From contig LVLI01000067.1 of assembly GCA_001687465.1 (NCBI GenBank), forward strand, positions 1-64,000: a DNA stretch of 64,000 nt, in the 5' to 3' direction. The stretch is from Halocafeteria seosinensis. Lineage: Eukaryota. A program made the position numbers and the translations under genes. The notes under the pieces were generated by a model that worked only from the letters and a program-made list of their open reading frames with translations, made no database searches and was not told where the DNA came from. This document shows positions 13,993 through 27,120 of the stretch, one piece after another (the first letter of the stretch is position 1; each line of letters opens with the position of its first letter).

Positions 13993-15094
13993 CTACTTGC
14001 TAATAAGCGGCTCTTGCAAGGAACCGTATTCGCTAGCTTCCTCCTCAGTCCCAATAGCCCGACCTTCTTGAAACCTACGTGCATTCTTTTCTTTTAAAAG
14101 CGCATTCAGTTCTTGCCGAATGGCGGCATGTTTATCGTACACTTCTTTGAGCTTGCCCCGGTAATCTACAGCCCACCATCTGACTACGAACAGTCCGTAG
14201 ATAAATGCTCCTCCAATTAGAGTTATCAGGAAACCTAAAGTATGCTTGTCCCTCGAGAAATTATACTGAGTTCCTGTGGCGCTATCTTTGGTTTGCATTT
14301 GAAGCGTATGAATAAATTCGGGTAGTGTCTCCAGAGGAATGCTATACCAGAAGCATAATTGCAAGAACGAGAAGAACGCTGCAGCACCGTGTGCGAGAGA
14401 CCAAGTAAAAATACACATTTTGCGTGCCCTAGTGTCTCCTATGAAAGAAACTTACCTGAGACTCCTGCTGTTCCATTCAATATATAGCCCAGAGTACTCC
14501 ATCGAATCTGTTGGGAAGGCGATCTCCCTCTGTCACTGACCAACTTAAATATCGAGGCTACCACAATGACGCTAGCACCAGCTACAGACACTATTGAACA
14601 TGCTCTCAAGGCTGTATACCACTGCATGACAAGAACTGAACCGGAATACTGCTCGTTGCGATGGAATTTCTCCTCCAAACTCCAAGGAATTGAGCTCTGC
14701 GGAGACGCGATATGGTAGGCTCTTGACGCTATCCTGGCCAGAAACTACACTTACCACCCCGTCCACTCCTGAAATACGGAACGCCTGTAACTTTATATTG
14801 TGTGACGCATCCGAGAAATACACAGACATCATTACCAGGGCACCCAAGAGAGCTGGTAAGACGGAACTAACCACTGCATACACAAGTAAGCAAGACTTCC
14901 ATCAGTCCATTCTCGTAGCCAATGGAACTATAGCACGTACGCCAACAGAACATCAACATGGGATTGCTCTTAATCCTCCTTGTGGAGGCCCTCTGGGTCC
15001 TCGTTTTACGGGCGACTGGCGCATTTGCATTGGTAGAAAGAGGGTGGACTTGCGGTGAACTCCCCTGCTGCTGTTTGTGGGTAATGCGCACCAT
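13993..15094 (-). CDS. Hypothetical multi-pass membrane protein (multi-exon)
   Basis: Hydrophobic segments in successive minus ORFs with GT-AG junctions; coiled-coil-like C-terminus. Confidence 0.55.
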
Positions 15095-15573
15095 TTTCCT
15101 TTGTCATTCGACCACCAGTATCCTGTTCTTCTTCCTGTATAATCAGCGATCACTGAAATCTAATTTAATGTCTATGTTTGACCCGGCGTGGGTCTCCAAT
15201 GAACGGTGTCAACAGTTAACTTGTCGCAAGTTGTCAACCGTCTGACCTGCGTCTTCAACCGTCGTCTTCAGGCCGCTTTTCCTCTGCTGTAGAAATGGAG
15301 CACCCTTGTACAAAAAGAATTGCGAACATTTGTGAACCGTTTTTGGAAAGTCCTCCTTCCCTTCTTAGGAAGCTATTAGTGTACACGTCAACTAAAAGAA
15401 AAGGTGAGTATCCGGAAAAACAAATGGAAAGCAAGGGCGCAAAAGGAGTTGGGATTTGGTGCCCGCACTAAACATTTATTGGAATCGTCTTCAATTCTCC
15501 CATACTCGAGAATGTTATAGTTATAACTGTAGTGCCTGTTATCTGTTGCGCAGCTACTGTTCTCTCAGAAAGG

Positions 15574-17602
15574 ATGCAGTCGCTTTACCAGTCCCCTTTA
15601 CTAGCGGCCCACGAAGCGAATCCTGAAGGGGATGAGTTGGAAGACGATTTTTGCCGTTTTGAATCAGCCCCCTTCCTCAAAAGAGGCGAGGAGGAATGGG
15701 AAGTCACACAACGGATAGGCGGAATGCTCTGCGAGACAGGAGACACAAATGTTGAGCCAGGAGCTCGATCCCTTCGGATCCGCAAGAGCTATAACGGCCT
15801 ATTTTTCTGCCCAATGGAAGCGTGTACCGCGACAGTGAATCGGCATATTCCATGGAATAAAGTAACATGTGCTGAGACGTTTCAAGGATATTGGAGTCCA
15901 GAGACCGCCTTCTTGTTAAGCATCATCTCCTTGTTTATTGCCATAATCATTAAGGTGTGCGACCCTGACATATCGTGGAAAATATTGAGTATTATTTTAG
16001 TGTGTTTGGTGGCGCTATCACTTCTGATAGGTCTTCTATGGAAAAAGGACTTCTTTCGGTTGCGCGGAGAGTTTGCTAGTCCGAGTGTCACAACTTGCGA
16101 AGTCGATTTGGAAGATGACCATCACCAAATCCTCCTTGCTTCCCTTCGCTACATGTTGGAATCCAATGGGGAGCTCGCTATAGGCAACATTGGAAATGAT
16201 GGCGGGGCGAATGTAGCTCTACCGGCGGAGAAGTTTGAAGCCAATGCCACGATTCTGGGATGTATTCCTATCGGCTACACCGTTTTAACAATTGATGGGA
16301 CGTCTGTTTGGGTAACCAAATGGCGATCGGTTCCAGTTCTTTCATTTTTACAATTTGAAACAAACCAAGTCTTCTTGGCCAAGGACATCCAGTGGATAAA
16401 GTTCAACAGTTTCCACAGGTACGCGTGGATACCGGCTTTGGGAGTCATCGCTACATTGCTCGCAACCGTTGCTGACGCTTTCATAGCTGTCCAAGATGCT
16501 ACGGAAGCAGTTGACCAAAATGAAGACCAGGTAGCAGTCGATGATGTCTACAATGACGACACTCCGGATGATGACTCTGCGAACAATGGTGCACTAACTA
16601 TGATGATCGTCTTCTTGGTCGCCGGCCTAGCAATATTCGGTGCAGGTATTTTCTTTTTCTGCGTAACGGGTAGACCCACAGTCACGTTTCGAGTAGCTGT
16701 AAGTGCATGTTTTTGTTCCCTTTTGTTTTATATTGATCGCATAAGTGAACTAGCAGGAAGACGACGTCAGCTGTGACCTAGATGCGGAGGATGCTGCTTT
16801 CATACAAGCTCTCATTTTATCAAATCAAACTAAGAGAGACGTTGGGGAAGACGAAGCACTGTACGAAATGAACGGTCTGGATCTTTTGATCCGAGGTACT
16901 CAACTTCGAATCCATAGAGATCATTTCTACGTCAGAAAAAGCTATGACTGCCGAAACATCAAAAGTTGCAACCCTAGGTGGCAATGTTGTGTTGAGTGGT
17001 TGTGCGGCTTCTCCCAAATTACTTCAAGGCTCAGACATATAAACAGTGTTTCTACTGGCTCTTCAGGCAACGTAGTTCTGTTAATTTTGGCCGTGTTTGT
17101 GTTTTCCATCGGAATCGTGGTGCTTTTCTTTATTGCCAATGACACCCACCAGAAGAAATTAATGGTGGCTGGATCATTCATTGGTGTCTTCTTGGCGTTG
17201 GTCTTTCTCTGGTGGCTGACTTTCCGACGCTTTGTCTCCATAGGTATGCAAGGGGGCCGAGGATTCTCTTGGTGCAGACTGGGGACACACGGTGTAACAA
17301 CACTGGACTCAACGGTATTTCTTTATGGAAGCAACGCTGGCAACGATATGCAATTGGCGGATGAAATCGAGGCATATGCTGAGGATTCACTCCATTGTTA
17401 TCAGCACAAAGCTCAAAAGATGTCTACCAGTACGGATCTTGACACCATCAACGTCGCGAACGAGTCATGGGTCGAAGAAGAGGACCAGGAAGGTGAAGCC
17501 GTGTTCAAGCATGTCGGAACCGGCTGCAGGTCCCATGGGCTTGCTTCACACCATCGATTAATCTCCAGGTACCCTGAAAGTCTTCTTTCCCAACCTGCTT
17601 AA
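15574..17602 (+). CDS. Unknown 6-TM membrane protein, paralog A (2 exons)
   Basis: Full-length similarity to 22641..24761 (CRFExxPFLKRG, VTCAETFQGY, KKDFFRL, SVSTGSSGN, QLADEIEA); intron starts at 16699. Confidence 0.8.
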
Positions 17603-17667
17603 CATCCTACATCTAGTAAACCTTGAGCGCTCTGTTTTGAGAGCATCTCAAAAAGAGCTCTCAGTCT

Positions 17668-20600
17668 CTAGCTTTCAACAAACTCATCTGCCCTGTCTCT
17701 TGCATCAGTGACAAGTCCTCCACCTACGCAATAGATTATCATTCTACGCATGCCTAAGACTAAACGCACAATGTAGGTTGCTAGTGTGACGATCACACCG
17801 GTGCCCAATAAAGCCATCACTGCCAGAGTCGAAACAAAAGTCATCGAGAACAAAACCGGAATAACCGCTTCGCATCCATAAACACCGTTACAAGGGGATG
17901 CTGTCGTGAAATAATATTTCGAATTTCCCCCTAAATTATATGCTAGGCCCTCTCCACTCGAGCTAACAACAGAGCGCAAATGAGTGTAGTGTGAGAGACT
18001 TAGCATTGAGACTCCGGCCAAGCCAGCTAAGGTAAGAGCCATGGTGACTTGCATAAAGCTTTTTGGAGTGAAATACGCGGAAGCCGGAAAATAGAATAGA
18101 GCTGGCAGCAAATCGATCCAGTCTCCCCCACTGCTCGGTGCTGCTGGCCACAATTCCAGAATGACCGCTAGACAGAAGACGACGGATACAAGGCTGAGTG
18201 CCATAACAACTTGTATTTCACGTCCAGTAGGTGTCCCAAACCAAGGGTCTAGGAATGCAATGCCTTTGTAATCAAACTGATCTATCCTAAGGAACCGTCC
18301 CCATCCAACGTCTCCGAGCCCAACACTAACATAGTCTCTTCCAAGAAGTCTTCGTTTTTCGGAGCCTAGACTAATTATACCGGCTGTAGAGCTATGCGAG
18401 ACTTGTGCAGACATATTGTGAAAAGGTATTATGTTGAAGGCCCCTAAAAAATGTTTTGTTACACTGTATGGACACCCACTCCGAATTTCAGCTCCACATT
18501 TCATTTCTGGCAGAGACGCACGATACATATAGAACATGCCCACGGAGCGTAACGTATCGTCTGTCGGAGCCGATGAAGTGTTCCTGTTCGCGTTGTCTAC
18601 CAGCCTCAATCGACAGAAACGTGCACAAGTTCTGAGTCGGCTGAAAGCTGGTTCCGGAATACGAGCAAAGATTGAACACGACGTCGATTTCTCAGATGCC
18701 AGAAGAGGCACTATAGTAGCACGCATCTTGGAGACTGAATGTAGTTTTGAAAAATAGTCCAACACAAGGACTTTGTCAGCGATCGATACGTCGCCGGCTA
18801 GGTTTAGCTCTTCCTTATTAAGCTCGTCTTTCGAATGTATTTCATGAGAGCGAAGTGAGAAAAAATGATATGAAGAATTACCGACGGGAACACTGGCTTT
18901 GAGGCCTGCCGCAAATAATGCCGGGGTCTCGCTGGCTGCCGATCCATAGAGTGAAGAGAGAAGTCGAAATTGAGGAAGAGCCATGACGCTGAATAGAATA
19001 GCCAAAAGCACGATAAAAGGAGTAGTCTTTTCCATTAGTGTTGAATACCATTCATGGTCAAGTATCTTGGGTAGCTGCCACCAAACGTGGTAGTTTAGTT
19101 GCCGACCGTGCACTACTGGCACATCGAAGACTGAGGGTGGACCACGGACCTGGGAAAAATAAGGACGAGTGAGCGACAAGATCATATTATGTCGGTGTCC
19201 AACTCTACAATGCATACCTGAGAGCAAAGAAACCAAAGTAGGGTTACCAAAAACAACCCCAGTTGCAATCTAGAGGACCAATTTTCCTGGTACTTCATGA
19301 AAGTTTCTTCCGGTGTCGATTCAAGCGTATATGCCATTATTATCAGCGACACTACACCGACCAAGAAAAACGTTATACGAATCCAGTACTTCTGCAAAGC
19401 TCCAAGTTGACAAGTAGTACAACCGGACATAATTCCAAGCATCATCTCTTACCCTGGTTTCTAGACTCTCGAAAATTTTGGCTTTCTCTACACATGTCTT
19501 ACCCTTCCTCGAGCAAAGGACAGCTGCAGCTGAGAGACCCCCAGAGAGCCACTCCGCTAAATGCAAGGTTAGCATAGCAAAATATATTACTCCTTTGCTT
19601 CCCGCCAACAGGAAGTATCCATAATATGCCACTTGCACCAAGGGCTTGCAGAGTTTGGTGAAAAGGTTTAGCATGGGCAGAAATACCTGATCAATCGTAG
19701 GCCATGCCTGTTTTATCCCATGTTTCAATGCCCCGTATTTTTCTTTGAGCTTTCCAACGCACATATCCATGTCACAGTGACGAGTTTCTGAAGTCGGGGA
19801 AGGTCCACGGTACGTATCAGTATCTTCCCGCAGCGGGAAACGACTTCGGAAGTCTTCATCGAGGCACGACACCGTGTCGCTCACGGAGAACCGACATCGG
19901 CAGCATGACCAATCCCCTTGGCTTCCAGATTCGACCTGATCTTCGCCATTGGTGTCGCTCTGACAAACGGATTGCTCATCGTCCAACGGAAGCTCGTTTT
20001 GTGTGGAGCCTAAGTCCTCAACCGTCACAGGTGCACCATGCACTTCAGAACCGATGTTCCGCTCCATAAATATTTGAGATGACTGGTAATTTTTTCCACC
20101 TTGACTTCCTCCCTCCACGGGTTCATGTGGCAACCAGGCGCCAGAGCTCCCTGGCGCATCACCATCAGATTCTGAAGGTCGCTCTGTGGAAAGGTCCTTG
20201 CCATCGTGCCCATCGGATTGGGGTCTGCTCTCTGATTCCGATGGTCGATAGGGCATTTTCAAATCTTGGCAGTCTTGTTGAGACCGTGGTCCTCGCTCAA
20301 TCTTCTTCAAAGCGGCGTGTGGCTTCTGTATTTTCGTTTTTGTTGATGCAGAAGTGTTATATCCGTGTTTTGGGTCTTTTTCTTTCTGTCCACTTCGTAA
20401 CTTCCCGGAGCTTCTGTTGCTTTTGCTCACTACATGTTCAAACTCGAACGCGGGTTGCCTCTTTCCTTTAGCCTCCGTTTGCATCCTTTGTCCAGTTGCT
20501 TCCATAACTAATCGTCTTTCCCGTGCCTTTATCTTGGGACTGTTGGCCTTTCGAGTTGGCGAATTTCCACCATTGACTGGTGAAGGGCGTTGTGGATTTC

Positions 20601-21675
20601 CTTCCAAAACTCCCGCTTCAGTGTTATCAGTCTCCATACTTGTGGTTACCATCTTTCCTGTTTGCGGCCGTTTTCCTGCTGTTGCACTGGATGAATGGAC
20701 ATTATTTTGCTTAATTCTCCCACTCCATGGGAAAATCTCGTCAGCCTGATTCCTTGGAAGAGCAGAGTGAGAATGCTGGCTTAGCGTGACTGAGGAGCAA
20801 ATTCCTTCGCTCACTTCTGAAGCAGTGAAGGATGTCAGCTTATCATTGTTGTCTGAACTTCTAACGATCTCACTGTTACCATTATCCGCGTCTGCGGGTA
20901 ACTTTGCAGAGGTCGAACAATGCACTTCTCGGCTCCTTACCTCATCATCTGCTGGATGGTGCAAACTCAAACGTGGCGTATCCTGTAGCAAAGCGTGCTT
21001 GTTGCCAGTATCAGATACTTGACCCCTCTGTAAACCTTCCAATGTGTCTTGCTCATCTACGGACTCCATCCTATCCCCTTCGTGGGTCCAGCTTACTGAA
21101 GGCAGGCCTTCTTCCGCTGCGGCACTGAAGTTTTTGTTCAAGGTTGGAGTACCGCCCTCCAAGAAATCGAACTTTCGCAAACTTCTAGGGTGGCACAGAC
21201 CTGGCCAGCTGTGGCAATGAGCTCCCACGCTGTGGCACCAAATGCCTTCATCGTGGAGGTAACACTGTTTCAAGGAATCCACTGCAGTGGATATATTCTC
21301 TCTCTGGTGCTGCTTGGGTCCCTCTGTACGAGCCGTAATGGCTTCTGAGATTGCCGGCCTATGTAGATTAGGAAGTGAGACCGCTCGTCTTCTGTAAGAG
21401 CTGTCATTGTTCAGGTCTTCCTCTGGCGCTGCGGACCCGCCGCCATATTGCGTTCTGTTCTGATCCACTGTTTGCGTACCAAAATGACACTCTGGAGACA
21501 TCATCTGCCCTAAAGCTCTCGTGTGCTCCTCTTTGCGTTCGTCCTTGGTATCCTCTGTTTTGGAGGAATGCCTAGCAGGAACTCCATAATCATCATCGTT
21601 TTCCTCAATCGCGTCCCCCTCTGGAGCTTCCAGAGAATCCACGGAGATGGTGCGCTCGTTGTCGGTATTCTCCAT
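17668..21675 (-). CDS. Large hypothetical membrane protein with a disordered N-terminal half and multi-TM C-terminal half (extra 5' exons possible up to about 22250)
   Basis: ORFs of 786, 87 and 522 aa joinable through GT-AG introns near 19450-19500 and 19150-19217. Confidence 0.6.
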
Positions 21676-22640
21676 CACCACTACTCTCGTACATTACCTT
21701 ACATGGGGTACGTGCTTCCTACAAAGCACGAGAAAAAAAGAACAGTATTATACACGATAGCTTGTGAGCTATCGTGCGAACTGATAGTTTGGTGGAGGAC
21801 TCCGAGTCTCCGGCGCCTCGACTCACCTACCGGTATGCCCCTCCTAGTCGGTCTACCTCATCTGCTTTCTCTGGCGCTATAAAGCAATATACACTATTAA
21901 TAGCAAAGATGTGCGCCGTATGTGAACTGACGGAAAGCCTCTGATATAGAGCTACCGGCTGTATAGTTTACTATCTCGTTGCAGGTAGGAGGACGCTACT
22001 GCTTTGTTTGAACTCATATTCTTTCTGGAGACCACCAGATCTCTCATATTTTTGAATCATGTATTCTACTGTGCCATTATATGGTACGAGGCCGGAATGC
22101 ATCATGGACATACGTCTAATCATGTGAGGGATAGCGGGCTTTTCCTCCGGAAACTCTGGCGGAGAAGCGGAAGAAGACCTCTTTCCGACGGTATCATACA
22201 CATGTACCTCACACAAGGTATTGTTACCACAATTTGGACAAGACACACTTAAAAAGACTCAATATTTATTCTGAGCTTATTGTCGTATTCATTGTGGGAC
22301 TATAATAAAGGTAAGCTAGTCGTGTCTGCAGACTAGTACATCTTCAAAGGATCGGAGCGAAACTACACTGTAGCATTCTTCGATCTCCTGCTCCTTTGAT
22401 TAGCTGCATCGCTCTTTGATCCTTTGTCATGCGATGGATTTCTGATAAGAGCCTGATCGTGTCCTTGGATTGTTAGTAACATGAAAGCATTTGCTCCGTA
22501 GAGAAGCGTTTTCTTTCTTTTCGCCCTTCGGATATCCCGTTTTAAATTCAATTCAAAAGTGAAACTGCTGATAACTGTTGACGACCATCAAATTCTCCAT
22601 GTTTTGTGCAGTTTGAATACGCAATACTGGATTCGCTAAT

Positions 22641-24761
22641 ATGAACGAGACGGAGTACAATGCTATGGGTGGCAGCGATGCGCTGGGGCAGGAAAACAAC
22701 AAGGAGGAACCGCTTCTGAACGAAGATCCTGAAGGGGAAGACGAGGTACAGGAAGAACACTGCCGGTTCGAAAAGACGCCGTTTCTCAAGAGAGGGGACG
22801 ACGAATGGCAAACGATTACTCGACTTGGTGGATTACTCTTTGAGTTAGGCAGAACTAACGTGGAACACGGTGGACGTTCTCTACGGATTCTGAAGCGCTT
22901 CTATGCGTGCTTCTTCTGTCCATTTAAAGCGTGCTCTGCCAAGTTGAGTAGGCATATTCCGTGGGATACAGTCACATGTGCAGAGACATTTCAAGGCTAC
23001 CCAAGTCCAGAAATTGCGTACCTGTTGAGTGGATTCTCCGTGGCATTGGTAGCAATCATTCGACTAGCGGACGCGAGCATCTCGTTTATTGTCCTGGGTA
23101 TCATTCTGGCTTGTTTGGTGGGATTGTCTATTCTTGTTGCTCTATTGTTTAAGAAAGACTTCTTCCGTTTGCATGGAAAGCATCTCAACGATCCAAATGT
23201 TACGCTATCACAAGTTGAGGTAGATGCTGAGAACCGCCTGCTCCAAACCTCCTTGGGGTATATGCTGGAAGCCCAAGGAGAGCCTGACACCCGCGCTTTG
23301 GGGGGCGTTCCTCTAGGTAAAAGATCGCCCGATGTGCAGCCAGCTGAAAGCTTTAAGGTGACTCACACTACCTGTTGTTGCATTCCAATGGGCTACCACT
23401 CCCTGTCGATAGACGGAACTTCAGTGTGGATGACGAGATGCAGTTCCTTGTGTAACATCTCACTGTTTCGATTCGAAACTAATCATGTGTTCCTCGTTAA
23501 GGATATTCAGTGGATGAATGCAACAAACGTTGAGCGCAGCTTCTGGATACTCGTGCTTACCTTGGTGGGAGCAGTAGGCTTTTTTGTCGGGGCTGCTGTG
23601 GAATCTTTGAGCAGTAGCGTCGTTTCTACTACTGACGATGACTATGGTGGAGGAAGTGATGGATCGAGTGGTTCCGTCAAGGTTTTAGTTATTATCGGTT
23701 TCGTGTGGTTATGCCTCGGGATGCTTCTGTATTTACTCTCTGGCAAGGCTGTGGTCACCTTTCAACTACCAAATGTAAGTACGGTCCGATAATTATCATG
23801 TGCCCAGAGAGTTCATAGTCAAACGCTAATGCAGATGCCTCCGCTGAAGTGCCGGATCGATCCGGAAGATTTGATGTTCGTACAAAGCATCATCGTATCC
23901 AATCAAGTACGGAGAAACATTGCGGAGGAAGAGCCCCTGTACGATCTGAACGGAATAGATCCATTGTGTCAGAGTGCGCAGCTTCGCATTTATCGAGACC
24001 ATTTCCACACTCGTACCAGCTGCGCATGGAGAAGATATTATGGGTGTTGCCTGTGTATGCTGCTCTGTAGTGACGCTACAACGAGATGCGTCGAGTGGAT
24101 GTGCGGTTTTGCGCAAATTGCTTCGAGGTTCAGGCACCGCAATAGCGTTTCCACTGGGTCATCAGGAAATCCTGTTCTTTTGATTGCGGCCTTCGTTATC
24201 TTCTTAGGAGGCATCCTCGCCGCTGTGTTTATTTCGCACATTGCTGTACCTGTTGCGTTGAGCTGCAGTGCTATAGCGGTAGTACTCTTACTCATATGGT
24301 GGTACACCTTTTCTTTCTTTGTCTCGCTTGGTATGCGAGGAGGAGAATGGTTTGGCCTGTTTACCCGTGGGACTCTTGACGTAACTACTTTGAGATCTAC
24401 AGTGTTTCTTGGAGGAAACACAGTTGGAACCAACCAACTTGCTGATGAGATCGAAGCGTTTGCAGAAGATTCTTTGCATCACTATCAACATTCCACCCAG
24501 AAATTGGGAGCGTCGAAGCAACTTGACGTCAAGCAGGTGGTGAACGATTCGTGGATAGAAGAGAAAAATGAGGAGGGGGAGAATGTTTACAAGCATGTAG
24601 GTAGTCAGGATGAGTCTTATGGGGTCGCCTCGTACCATCGCATAATATCAAACCATCCTGATAGACTGCTGTCATTGGAACGTGAAACTGCTCCTGGCAA
24701 GGATGCCCACGTGGGGCCCCACGGACACAGTTCAAACGCGGCTTATGGCAGCTTTTCCTAA
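22641..24761 (+). CDS. Unknown 6-TM membrane protein, paralog B (2 exons)
   Basis: Paralog of 15574..17602 with the intron at the equivalent position (after VTFQLPN). Confidence 0.8.
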
Positions 24762-25189
24762 TAACTCAGAAGTGGACAATTGTGTTCGTTATGAATATAC
24801 GAATGGTTACATCCTACCGGGTAGGCTGATCTCAGAAAGCCATAATTAAATCACGGCCAAGCTCTTCAGAAAGTGTTACATGGTTCTCCTTCATCAGTGG
24901 TACACATTGCAGCACCTTGGCTTTCATATATACCACTAAGCGTACTTTATTATCTCCTAGTGTATTCACTGTAGCTCTATCCAACAGACTGAGGTTGTCA
25001 TCGGGATTTCGTATGGAATCGCTCCACAATAACTTCACAGTTGCGACATGAGTCATGATGAGTGTGTGATAAGAGCTGTTTGTACACTCTTACGTATTTG
25101 ACAACCTCAGAATTCCCCGTATACATGTGCGTTCATTGTGAAAAATACTGTATTGACGTGGTGTCTCGTCGTTTACTCTGAGGTGGAAG

Positions 25190-27025
25190 ATGAAACAAGT
25201 CCATGGAGGTCTCTCCATGTGGATGACGATACTGGGAATTTTGACTTCATTCCCCTTATCCCATGCACAGGAGAGGGTTGATGCTCCCAAACGAGTGCTA
25301 TACGATGAACATATGAGCTTTACTCCCATTCGAAGTGCCCGAATACGGACATCAGATAATCAAGCTCTGATTGCGCAATTCCACTGGGATTTCACGGTTC
25401 CCGTGGGGAGGAGAGAGTATGATAGGATATATGAGCACGCTGATGTAGCTCCACAGCGCATTTTGAAGGCTTTCACTTCTTCTAAAGCAGAGTGGATGGA
25501 GCTCTCAATGACGGATGGGTATTGGGACTCCCAGGCTTGGGGGTCCTATCCTCGAGGGAGATATAACCATACATTTGAGTGGCCTCCGATGCAAGGAACT
25601 ACTTTCAGAACTCGTTGGGAGCCAGTCACGCTAAATCGGACCCAAATAAAGCCAAGGATATCTGCTGCATCGAAGATTTTGTCCAAGGCACTTTCTGGTT
25701 CATTCTCTACGTCAATGGTGGATGATTGGGCCACCTGGATACACCACTGTAACAGTACAACCGCAGACAGTAACTGTGTTCCTCGGAACGATATATTCCA
25801 TCGTGCTGGATTAACGGGAACTCTAGCTACCGTCTTGGACCTTGACGAGCTACCGTGCTCGTCGAACCTTCATGCCTTGGTCTCCCAGCTACCCTGTAAA
25901 CATGTTACTGGAATTGGAGCGATTCTAGATGCTAGCGTATTAACTGGGGGAGACTATTGGTCCCTTCGTATTCGCGGTGACTATGATCATGAAGAAGACA
26001 CGATAAAGCTGGGTATTCAAGTGGACTCAGTTCTACCGTCTCGGAAGTATCGGAGCGGCTCTAAGCAGAGCAGTGCAGAACGGCTAGGCAGGGAATCTGT
26101 CTGCTGCGAAGATGATTCCCCCACCGTATGCGCCGAGTCACGCTTCAGATTGCCCGTAGGCGAGGATGTTCTTCCACCAGTGGTGAATCCCAGCATAACT
26201 AATTGCACGGCTAAAGTTGGCGAAACGTTCCAAGTCTCCGTTGCCAGGCTATTGAATATTGACAACGACTTTCGAACCCCTGAAGATACGACAACGCAAT
26301 GTGATGTGCTCAGCAAACATTGTCCCTTGGCTGGAAGAACGATTGTCTACCTTCATGATGAAGAGATTGAACAAAGGTGCAGCATGGGCGCTGTTTCAGA
26401 TTTACTAATCCCTCGTGAATTGTTCGTTGCACCCCGAACCCAAGGGTTCTCTTTTGTACATCGTTTGCGCAGCACTTCGCTGGACGAGGGGTCGTTCCAC
26501 ACTAAAATTATTTTGTCTGACTCCTCTGTCGCCAGTTCAGCCCAAGTTCAGCTCGTGTTGAGGTTTCCATGGCAATTGTATCTTTCGTTATCGACGTCCA
26601 GTATATATGGTTGTCCGGCTGATACCGAGCAAGAGTGTCAACGGATTCCACTGAGGGAGAGTCGGGTTCAGATGCATCCTGCAGCCTTCCGAGCGGCTCC
26701 AGGGCAGGTTTCGTTCCAGTTTGCTCTTCCGATAAATGTTAGTGTTGTCGATTTGTACATACCGTTCCGAATTGCGCATGGTCTTTATAATGATCATTCG
26801 CCAGACGCCCAAAGAGGTATCGAAGTGCCTCCTGCAGCTATAGCTTTGTGGACCGCCACGGGTGTGGAAGAAGTTGCTTATTCGCAAGCGGTGCATGTGG
26901 AGCCACCATCGCCAGACTTTTCATTTACGTTTACAGGCATCACTTTTGGATGTTGTGCATTGACTTTATTAGTTGGTAGCTACATCAACATCCTCGGGAA
27001 AAGGCCGTCGATAATGAAGTCGTGA
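25190..27025 (+). CDS. PIGT: GPI transamidase subunit PIG-T/Gpi16
   Basis: Signal peptide; ELSMTDGYWDSQAWG; ELPCSSNLHALVSQLPCKHVTGI; PDAQRGIEVPPA; C-terminal PDFSF plus TM helix. Confidence 0.85.
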   Translation: MKQVHGGLSMWMTILGILTSFPLSHAQERVDAPKRVLYDEHMSFTPIRSARIRTSDNQALIAQFHWDFTVPVGRREYDRIYEHADVAPQRILKAFTSSKAEWMELSMTDGYWDSQAWGSYPRGRYNHTFEWPPMQGTTFRTRWEPVTLNRTQIKPRISAASKILSKALSGSFSTSMVDDWATWIHHCNSTTADSNCVPRNDIFHRAGLTGTLATVLDLDELPCSSNLHALVSQLPCKHVTGIGAILDASVLTGGDYWSLRIRGDYDHEEDTIKLGIQVDSVLPSRKYRSGSKQSSAERLGRESVCCEDDSPTVCAESRFRLPVGEDVLPPVVNPSITNCTAKVGETFQVSVARLLNIDNDFRTPEDTTTQCDVLSKHCPLAGRTIVYLHDEEIEQRCSMGAVSDLLIPRELFVAPRTQGFSFVHRLRSTSLDEGSFHTKIILSDSSVASSAQVQLVLRFPWQLYLSLSTSSIYGCPADTEQECQRIPLRESRVQMHPAAFRAAPGQVSFQFALPINVSVVDLYIPFRIAHGLYNDHSPDAQRGIEVPPAAIALWTATGVEEVAYSQAVHVEPPSPDFSFTFTGITFGCCALTLLVGSYINILGKRPSIMKS

Positions 27026-27120
27026 AATTCAAATATAGCAGCTCAATCCGTTCACAGAGCACTCGTGTAAAATGCCTTAATGCATCGTAGAGCCTTAGGA
27101 AAACATGCTCAGGGGTCGAT

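Noticed and set aside
24832..25056. 74-aa minus-strand ORF with ATG between paralog B and PIG-T
   Set aside because: No recognisable motif, and the length is within chance expectation.
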